Below the pieces are notes generated by a model. The model saw nothing but the letters and a program-made list of their open reading frames with translations, did not search any database and was not told where the DNA came from. Below are positions 10,101 to 20,000 of a stretch of 20,000 bases of DNA, piece after piece. A program made the translations under genes and the position numbers. The stretch's first letter is position 1, and every line of letters begins with the position of its first letter. The DNA lies in the NCBI GenBank assembly GCA_000697335.1, contig JNEM01009894.1:49393-69392 (forward strand). The letters run 5' to 3'. This DNA is from Conidiobolus incongruus B7586. Taxonomy: Eukaryota.

Positions 10101-13053
10101 TTTAGCAGAAAAATTATTCTGATATATTGAAAATTTAAACCTTTTATTCTAGATTCCTTTTAGTCCATTAAGAAATTCTATATTTCTTAAATTTATAACT
10201 ATTTTACTCATGAAATGACAATGACAACTTTTATTTTAAATGACATAATATGTTGTGTCTATGTCACATTCTTAACCAATAATAGCATTATGCTATACTC
10301 TTTTTGATTATATTTAATCATGCAATCAATAACAATTCAATTTTAATATCATCTAATGCATTCGCATTTAATACAATAACCCAATTGTTAAGTTTGTTAT
10401 AATAATATGGAAATTAATATATCAATTTAGCTATTCTAAGACATCATTTATTTTTTATTTTAACAGTTTAGATCAACAGCAAATAACTGAGAAATATAAT
10501 ATAATAAATCATTTTATGATTTAATTCGTACTCAATAAGAAAATAGTTGTAAATATAAAATTTTATTAATTAACCCGATTGGAATATATATGCCAATTTT
10601 ATTTTATTTTTCAAAAATATGATATTAGTTTATTAAGTGAATAATAGTCCTTAATAATAGGCCAAATGATGAATTAATAAGAATATTTTAATATATATCT
10701 TAAAAATTTGTATAATGTAAATATATGGTTAGTTTAAATCATATTCAAATATTTTATAATTTAATTCAAATTTCATTTTTGATAAAAACTATTTAACTCT
10801 ATTTTAAAAATATTAGCTCAGAATTAAGAATATATTTTAGAATAAAAGGATATAGTCATAGTTATTATAAAAATTTTAAATTAATTTTTATTTCGCTCTA
10901 TTAACTTGTGTTACTTGAAACTTGATATTTTAATAATCATGTTTAGAAATATATATATATGTTAAACTTTATTAAACTACCTTTTACGTTATATCTTTTG
11001 GATTGAAAATAAATTAACCAAGCTTCCAATTGTGTATATCTTAAATCGTCTCATACTTAGTATAAATACTATTAATATAACTAGGTATAATATTGAATCA
11101 TTTTTAATATAATTACATATAAATTTATACAAATTTGATATATTACTTTAAACTAACTTTGTTCATTGACTTTTGAAAAATAAATTTCCATATTTTTCTG
11201 TTGAAAATTATTAAATGTAATATTAATATAAAATTTATGACAGTATCAAACTATAGTAAATGATATATTAATTCCAATGATGTGAAGAAATCAATTAACA
11301 AATTTCTTGAATTAGAATATAAAAAATTGAATTTATATTAAAATAGTATAATTTTAAATGTTTATATAATTAAAGTTTCTATTATAATATATTAATCCAT
11401 ATTAGAAAGTTAATTTGGCAAACAATAGTTATTTACATAGTCTGTAAATTGTAAGACTAAATTTTCTATTTACAAATATAATGAAATATTTTGCTAATTG
11501 AAAAAATATTCAACTTGTTAAGTAATGATATAATTATTTTGAATTAATAAAATATATAAAAAAATTATTTAACTAAAATAATGATATTGATTCAAATAAC
11601 AAGATTGATTATAAGAAAACTTCTATTTTTTATATTTAATAAACATGATATTATAGATCTAATTGGTAAAATCTTACTATATATCATTTATATATGATTA
11701 TAGCAATTTTGTAATTAATTTGAGATTCTATGTATTCACACTTTCTTTTGAAATTTATTTAAGATTAAAATCGGAATAATTGAAAATTTAAGAATTAATA
11801 TAGTGTTATATTTATATTTTTGCAAATAAATATCATTATTATTTTTATATTTTATTCAATTATATTCATTGATTAATATCTTTATATTCAATAACGATGC
11901 ACTTTATTAGACAATTGGTAAAGATATCCTAATTAGGGATATTGTGAATAATTAAATATAATATTCAAAAATAATAAAATAAAAATTATAAGATCAAAAT
12001 GTTTGAAATATTATATTTATAATCATAATCATAATAAAATATTTTGACATTAAATATTGTATAAGCTAAAATAAAATAAGCTTGAAAATAATATTTCAAT
12101 AGTCTATAAGATCGTCTGATTTAAAATCAATTGTAATATAATTTAAAATTTAATAACATTTTGGTCTAATATTTCGATATGTTCTGAATAAGTAATTTAG
12201 CCTAATATAGAAATGATCTCAATTTCCTCCGACCGAAATCCCATTAAATCTCTTAAATTATATTATTTATTCCCCTAACACATATGTTTATATATCATTA
12301 CTTCGCATTACCATTTCATCTTAACATTTTAGTTTACAATTTTTAACTATATGTTTATGTTTAATTGATTAATTTGTATGTTGATATTAAATTAACTATA
12401 ATATTACAAATTCGAATGGTTCAATTTATTTATTCGATATTATGATTCGAATTTATCTTACTGAAATTTAGTTGAAATAAAAACTTCATTCCTCTCTCGG
12501 CCATGCATGACTTAGGGAGATAGAAAATTATTTTTTAATATAAGATTCTAGACTAAATATTGTATTTTAAATTAGGTTAAAACACAAGCAATCAGAAGAT
12601 CTCTTCATATCAATCCATTTTGAGTAGCTCACTCCTCCTGACATTTGGCAAAGAACATCCAAGAAGGGACAGGTTTTATTCAATATATACAATATTACAT
12701 CTTGACTCATTAAATTATAGATGACTTGATAAGTTAATTAAGCCGAAATTTTAATTTTTTTTAAAAAAATATATATATTTAAAAAATTTCAATAATAAAA
12801 TAAATATTCAAATTAGATGAAGAAACTGGTCCGATTTATTTTGCTTTCCATTTTTCTTTTAACCTGGAATATTTACTATCTAAAATTAGAAATACTTGAT
12901 AAATTGATAAACCTTCAAAATTATTGAAACTATTATATCCAAGTTTTATATTTCATCCAAATATAAAATTCATATGATATTAAAAAACTCATTAAATTAT
13001 TAATGTTATATAAAAATACACTATTCTGTGATAATTCAAAATCAAATATATAT

Positions 13054-13077
13054 TTATTATTATTATTATTATTATTA
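13054..13077 (+). repeat. (TTA)8 microsatellite
   Basis: Eight perfect TTA units read directly from the sequence. Confidence 0.9.
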
Positions 13078-13457
13078 TAAAGCAGAAACATTTTATTGAA
13101 TCCTAATTTGAAAAAAAATTGAAATATATTTCTTGAATATAAATATTTTTTATTAATTTTGAAAAAAAATATTTATATTATGAATAAGTGTACAATATAA
13201 TTTTAAATTGAATATAAGAATTATATTTATATGAATAGATTTAATATTGGATTTAAAATAATAATTTATTCATACTCTATTTTTATTAATAATCATTCAT
13301 TTATTCACTTATTTCTGGTTGATGTATTTTTAAAAAATCCATATAATTTTACCAATTAACTTCAACATTGTTAAGATTTTATTAGGAGAGGATAAATAGT
13401 AACATAACACAGTTAAAAATGAATCTATTATTTAAAAATACATATGTTCAAAACCGT

Positions 13458-16350
13458 CAAAAATTATCAAGAATATTTCGCTTCTAACGAACTGGACCAA
13501 GGATTGGGGGATCTTGGTCATCTTGATGATTGATGGGACTGGACTAATTGTTACCACTAAATGGCCCTAATTCACCGACAAGTCCTTTGCCTGGAACATG
13601 TTCTGGAGTGAGCTCTTGATAGTTTGAAAAGAAAGCAAAAATCTGTTCTTGCGGCTCTTCAGAGTTAGATTGAAGATTAGAAAATAAATAATCAAAATTG
13701 TAAGTTTGGTCATTTTGATAGATATCAAGCCAACTTTTGCCATTGTCATCGTTACTCAAATTCTCAGTTTTTATCCTTTTGGTTCTCTTTCTTTTTCTCT
13801 CTTCTTTTTTAAAGTGATGCTTGCCTTTGTTCATTAAAAAAGCTCGGCAAACAACCAATAATATTCCTGTAGCTCTGCCATCAATCGTATTGTGATAAAC
13901 TCAACCAATCTCACAAATTCTTTGAGCCATCGAGGAACAGAGCTATTGAGATGACCTAGCTTCCATTTGACCAAAGTGCCGATGGCTTTTTGGTAAGTTT
14001 GCAAATAAGATACCTTTAGTAAAATTGAGATAAAATCAGACTCAACTCCAATGGAGTGTAGCACCTTGGCGACGTATTGCAATTGAAAATCAATCAGCGG
14101 GTTATCAGTCTCATCCAAGATACTATTCAGGTAATCGATATGGTAATGAACAACGCTCTCAGTGGCAAATGTTGAGAGCTATTTTTTAGAGTCAAACACT
14201 CCTTCAACAAAATCACCCTTATCATTCGATCCAATTTCAATGTCAGAGTTTTCAACATCTTGAGATTCTGATATTCTGTTAGGTTCATCGTCATTATTAA
14301 ACAGAGAATTTAGAGCAGTATCCTGAACTGGGATTTCTTTATAGCTGTCTGGGTTATTCTCATCGAGCAATAGATCAGTGCCTTCCAACTGTTTCCCTTT
14401 GGCAATTCGATGTGGATTGGGTATTCTTGGTTGTTTACTAGTTGTTTTGTTTTTTTTGATACGATGTAGACGCTTTTTCTGGACAAAGACGGTTCCGAGA
14501 TCAGAAATAATTCTTTTAACAGATTGATTAAAATAAAACGTGAGTCTTATTATAACATGTATTAGATATGCGGGAATATCACTGGAGTAGAGTTGAGATA
14601 TTATATGTAAGTTAGGGTAATCGTGACAGAGATGATGAAGCACTTGGTCAGAGAGTGTTTTTAGAAGGTGGTATTTATTAAACAGGAATTTGCTTTGATT
14701 CTATATTAATCTCAACCAATCAGAAAATGTTTCCAGTGTGATGTATAAAGGACCCCATTTCTAATAATTCAATTAATAAAGCCAAAATGAGAATCAATCA
14801 AAAGACCGACCTTTGTGTATTTAAATTCGATCATGTAAGCGTCTACTTCATGAACTAATTTTTTGGAATAATCAATTCCATTACTAGTTCAACTAATTGA
14901 ATATCCTAAAATCTAGATAGATGATATGAAATTAAACAAAATGTGAGTGGTAATCTTGCACGCCATTTATCATCAAGGCTCCAATGATAATTTGCAAAAG
15001 GAATCGAAACTTTGAACAAATTAAATATTCTCAATTGGGAATCTAACCCCGAATTATCACAATTACGCTGTCCTGCTTTGTATAATTCTAATATGAAATA
15101 TATTTAGCATTTGAATGTAAAAAGTCGTAGATTAAAACTACCTTGAAAAGCGTTTTTAATCAAATCATGATAATATTTGACAAAAATACCTTTTTAAACT
15201 AAATTCATTTTAGGCTGACTTCTGTGATCCATATCCTATCAATAAAATTAACCTAGTTTGAACGTTGCAAAAATAATAGCCTTATTTTTACTTTTGACCT
15301 TCTATTGTTAGTGAACTGATTTTTACTCATTCCCCCTCTTCTAGCATGGTCAAATCCTTTAACTGATGATCGTGATATAAGGCAGATTTCCCATTTGGCA
15401 ATTTAACTTCAAAAGTACCTCCAAGCCTGAAATGTCTTTTGGGCTCTCCATTCGAGCGTATAGTAGCAGTCATTTGACTGTTGCCGTTAAATAATTTTGA
15501 CTCAATTGTAATTTCACCTAGGTTCTAAGCTCAATTCGAGTTATAGATAATATCCATGATAATAGGGCAAAATGACTGAAATTGAGGATCATTAATTGAA
15601 CTAGCCACAGTCACCAATAGGTCTAAGAACTGAAACTTTTTCAATCTTACAAAGAGCTGACCGTGGAGATTAGTAACTAGAGAGGCAATAGTGTCTTTAG
15701 AATAATTTTCATTAATTTCATCCACAGCCAATAAATTTCTAATTGTTTAAACATTGTAACAAAACCATCCTGTTTTCATCGCTTCATTTTTCAGATTTTT
15801 GTAAACAAAACACTAGAAAATTGACAAGTTGCTTGAAAAAGCGTGTATTACCAATCATACTCCTTTTATAGAACATCAAACACTGTAGCGTTCTTTTAAA
15901 TTTGTCTTCATACTCCAAATAGAAAGGGATTGATTCAAATTGAAATCTTCACTCAGATCTTTTATTGGCCAACCTAATATTACCATTAGTTTTAAACCAT
16001 GTAATATCAAAGTCCAAAGCTCCTCTTCTTTGATTAGAAATATTGATACTAGGTCCATTTGAAATATATTCCATTCACTTAGTAATAGTCTCACTGTACC
16101 ATACTTTTCCTTGGTTTTAATTTTAATTAAATGTTTGATTTCATTTTAAACAATCCTTAAAGTTTAATAAATAAAATAAAAATAAAAAATATGAAATACA
16201 TATGGCATTTTCTTCTACTACAAACTGCATAATCTCTGAACCGTCTTCTTTGTTGTTAAAATTAGTATTATTATCTAAACTACTGATGCTTGAACATAGA
16301 GACATAAAGTCAGATTTAATATACTCAATTTTATTAGGTTCATTAGTTAT
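13458..16350 (-). pseudogene. TOF1: Timeless/Tof1/Swi1-family (replication fork protection complex) gene, disrupted; non-processed (introns retained)
   Basis: Manual translation across frames gives collinear Timeless-domain motifs: MSLCSSI..FVVEENAI/DCLK-EIKHLIK; VRLLLSEWNIFQMDLVSI..LKLMVILGWPI; YKRSM; IRNLLAV (15723-15743); RHFRLGGTF (15411-15437, cf. RHSRFGGT); VFVQKKR; FATESVV; KVLHSIG; LFAELF. Introns lie at about 16156-16199, 15236-15291, 15088-15141, 14906-14959 (GC donor) and 14761-14810. In-frame stops occur at 15784, 15531, 15525, 15194, 14701 and 14179, with several frameshifts. Confidence 0.85.
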
Positions 16351-17089
16351 TTTAAATTAATTTGTTGAGTTTAAAATTTGCAAATTAAATACAATTATTA
16401 ATGATGGAAATTATATTGTTGTCTTATTCATTGTATTGATAATAGAATTGGTTTTATATAATAAAGGAATGATGTCTAATATTAACTAAAATTACTACTA
16501 AATTTAAGACATATCTATTCAATGATTAGTTAATTTTTCATGATAAATTACCTGATGATTGGAAATGATTGGCAAAAAATTTTATTTCATGTTACTAAAA
16601 TTAATATCTAATCAATTAGATTGTGTTTAAATTATTCTAAATCTTAAGAAATGATAAAAAATAGAAAATAATATAAATCATACTGGGTAAACAAGTTTGA
16701 ATTTATAAAATTAAAGACTACAATAACTTAGACCATGATTGATTTTAAATTAAAAACATTGTAAATTTCTATCAATTTAATATATTTAATAAATGATCAT
16801 TTTATTGATTTAAAATATGTAAGGTATAATATTTATATTAATATAATCTTTATTTAGTTATGCATCATTTCAATAATCATTTTGAATATTATTTTGCATT
16901 ACCCATTTTAATTTAAAAATTCCTTTATATTACTCAACATTGTAGAAATCTTGACAACAATTACTTTCCATTTTGGGACAAAATTCCCATAATATATTAA
17001 TCCGATATTGATTTTATAAGATTAAAATTTTCAAAAATCAGTATTGAATCTTTAATAATTGATCTAATTTAATATAATTAATTATCAAT

Positions 17090-18664
17090 ATGTCTAATTC
17101 AGTTAAAGAAAAGAAAGAAAAGAAATCTAAAAAAGAGAAAAAGGAAAAGAAGGAAAAGAAAGTTCAAGAGGATGCTCCTTTAGTTTCTGAAAAAGTAGAA
17201 AAACGCAAAGAGACTTCAGAAGTTGATGCTCCATCTAAAAAGCAAAAGAAAGAAAAATCTCAAGTATCATCTGAATACTCTGAACACCCTGAAACTGCCA
17301 AACTTTCCGCTGGAGAAATTAAGAAATTCAGAGACGAAAGAAACATTACCCTTGAAAGTGATCAAGAATACAAGCCAATCACTAAATTCGAATATGCTGG
17401 CTTTTCTAAATCAATTATGGAATTCTGCAAAAAATTCTCTACTCCTACCCCAATCCAATCATCCTGCTGGCCCATTTTATTATCCAACAGAGATATTATT
17501 GGTATTGCTGAAACTGGGTATATATTTTACTTGTTATTTTATTAAAAAAGCTAACTTGCGTCCTATAGATCTGGTAAAACTTTAACCTTTACTCTTCCAG
17601 GTTTGATGCACCTTGAAAGAAAAGAAAATTTCAGCAAAAAGCGCCCTACTATTTTAGTTCTCGCTCCCACTCGTGAATTAGCTATGCAAACCTATGAAAC
17701 CTGCACTGAACTCAGCAAATTTTGCACAATTTCTTCAGTCTGTCTTTATGGAGGTGTTCCCAAGGATGCCCAAAGAAAAGAACTCAAAAAAGGTGCCCAC
17801 GTATTAGTCGCCACTCCTGGTCGTCTCAAAGATTTAATTGAAGAAGGTGTTTGTGATTTGAGTGAAGTCACTTACGCTGTATTAGATGAAGCTGATCGAA
17901 TGCTTGATTTTGGGTTTGAAAAAGAAGTCAGAGATATCCTTTCAAAAACTAGCCCCAATAGACAAACTGTTATGTTCAGTGCCACCTGGCCCGAATCCAT
18001 CCGTAAGCTCGCTTCCGAATTCCTGAATAACCCTGTCAAAGTAACCATTGGGTCAGATGACCTGGAAGCCAACAAAAATGTGTCTCAATTCGTTGAGGTT
18101 TTGGATGATCCATTTGCTAAAGACAAGAAGTTGATCCAACTCTTGAAAAAATACCATGCTTCAAGAAAGAACCGTGTTCTTGTTTTCGTTCTTTACAAGA
18201 AAGAGGCTGCTCGTGTTGAAGGCCAATTGAAGCGTAACGGATACAATGTTCGTGCTATTCATGGTGACATGACTCAAGCCCAGAGAATTGATTCACTTAA
18301 CGCTTTCAAAGATGGCTCATCACCACTTTTAGTTGCTACTGATGTTGCTGCTCGTGGTTTGGATATTCCCAACGTAGAGGTTGTCATCAACTACACTTTC
18401 CCCTTGACTATTGACGAATATATCCATCGTATTGGTAGAACTGGTAGAGCTGGTAACAAGGGTATCTCTCATACTTTATTTACTCAACATGATAAGGCAC
18501 ATGCTGGATCTCTCGTGAATGTATTAAAAGCTGCCAATGTTGAAGTTCCTGAAGCCTTACTCAAATTCGGAACCAGTGTTAAGAAGAAGGAACATGGTGC
18601 TTATGGTGCTTTCTTTAAGGACATTGATCCTTCTGCTAAGCCTACCAAGATTACTTTTGATTAA
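17090..18664 (+). CDS. DBP3: ATP-dependent DEAD-box RNA helicase Dbp3 (60S biogenesis); two exons 17090-17517 and 17569-18664, 507 aa
   Basis: Splicing out 17518-17568 joins the two ORF-track fragments and restores Walker A (AETGSGKT). Other motifs: Q motif PTPIQ, Ia [33 protein letters not shown]. The KKE-rich N-terminus, the [16 protein letters not shown] segment and the C-terminus [16 protein letters not shown]...KITFD are typical of Dbp3. Confidence 0.95.
17518..17568 (+). other. 51-nt spliceosomal intron in DBP3
   Basis: GTATAT donor at 17518, GCTAAC branch site at 17550-17555, TAG acceptor ending at 17568. Phase 2, within the Gly codon of AETG|SGKT. Confidence 0.95.
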
Positions 18665-20000
18665 TTTAAACACGTTTTGTTTTAATATCATTACATTTAT
18701 TTTTTATATAGATTTTAATTTTAGACTTAATAAAATATCAAAAAAGTTTAATAATTCATTCAATCACCATTTTTATCTTGTAAACAAATTTAACAAATAG
18801 AAAAATATTCACCTATATTAATCAAGAACTGGGTTTTTTTAATAATAGAAATATACTCTCACTTGAACTAAAACTACTTATTTAATTATTCAAATTAATT
18901 AATGAATATTCCTTAATTTCAATTTTAAACAAAAAATTGACCATTCTTTCGGAAAAAAATTTCAAATAATGAAAGTTATAGAATTAGTTGAAATATATTT
19001 CATTATTTTTAATATAGGAAATCAGATATATAAAATCAATTTATCCATATTGGTATATTTATTAAAATAACATTATGGTAAGGATTGATTACGAGATTAA
19101 GTTAAAAAGTAAAATAACTGATAGCTGTTCCTATCATCATTAATCATTGAAAGATCGAAAATAAACGTAAAAATATTTTAAAATAGACAATATTGATCAA
19201 ATATTGAATATCTGTTTAAAAAATAAAACTTTTAGCATGAATTATAGAGGTGAATAAAACTGTATTTATGATAGAATATACTATGACCTAATGACCGAGA
19301 TTCATCATTTTTAGTATTAATTGAAATGGTTTATAAATCTTAATTATAGTTTTGATTTTGAAAAATAGCAATTATATTATTATTTATCTAATCTTCTAGA
19401 ATAAATTTGAAATTGATAAAATTTTATTTTGTTTACAATAATTCTATATATTATCCATATAACTAAATAAAGAAATTATATAGGACCTCAACATTATAAT
19501 AAATTTATCTAATATAAGATATATTTTTTATATATTCTTTCATCAAATTAATCGATTAGCTATTTTTTTAAAATATTTTACAATTGAATGATATTCATTA
19601 TACCATGTGAACCTTAAATAAAATGCTATACTTTAATATTGTATGTGAAATATACAAAGTCTTATAATAATAGATTCAAAATAGTTCTGAATAATATTAA
19701 AGTGCTTCTTATTTAATAATAGCAAATAATTTACATAATTATCAAAATTAAATTATAATTCATAGAAGCAAATTTTAGCTTCAAATAATAGTGTTAAATA
19801 ATAAAAATTATATGCTAATAATTAATAAAATCAAGGAAATTAAGATCGAATCTATATTGTAAAATAAAATAAAAACTCTTTTATCAAAATATATCAATAT
19901 ACTTTTAATTAACATTTATATAATAATTTAAGGAATTCTTTTCATTTATAAAATTAATTATTAATAATAAAAATAATTTAATATATTAAATTTTTTAACT

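Noticed and set aside
12490..12730. Small GC-elevated patch (47-codon minus ORF or snoRNA candidate)
   Set aside because: No recognisable protein motif, splice pattern or complete snoRNA/snRNA box set.
13567..13749. 60-aa minus-strand ORF
   Set aside because: Alternative frame inside the Timeless pseudogene tail.
16275..16343. Signal-peptide-like micro-ORF MNLIKLSILNLTLCLYVQASVV
   Set aside because: It stops after 22 codons, and the overlapping frame matches the Timeless N-terminus.
13458..16350. Stop-codon reassignment, selenocysteine or A-to-I editing as the explanation for the in-frame stops
   Set aside because: The stops are a mix of TGA, TAG and TAA and come with frameshifts. The intact neighbours use TGG for Trp and end in TAA. 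Ordinary decay is the simpler explanation.
17223..18800. ORFs 17223-17585 (+), 17872-18075 (-) and 18537-18800 (+)
   Set aside because: Alternative-frame or antisense shadows of DBP3.

Overview
Extremely AT-rich eukaryotic DNA with short (~44-56 nt) spliceosomal introns and a fungal-type GCTAAC branch point. It is most consistent with an early-diverging fungus (e.g. Zoopagomycota/Entomophthorales-like; inference only). Two intact genes are visible. One is a two-exon DBP3 DEAD-box RNA helicase (17090-18664, +). The other is an intronless 263-aa Cys/His-rich protein (6329-7120, +) with a pRiA4b-ORF3/MM3350-like N-terminal pattern and four CxxC motifs; a cluster of GCTGA(A) motifs and a TATA box lie upstream of it. 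The fragmentary minus-strand ORFs at 13.5-16.1 kb are pieces of one intron-containing Timeless/Tof1/Swi1 gene that has been inactivated by several stops and frameshifts. A decayed DD34D mariner transposase, invisible in the ORF track, lies at 238-1253 (-). A possible small spliced or dead gene lies at 3246-3587 (-). The rest is AT-rich intergenic DNA with faint traces of other dead genes.
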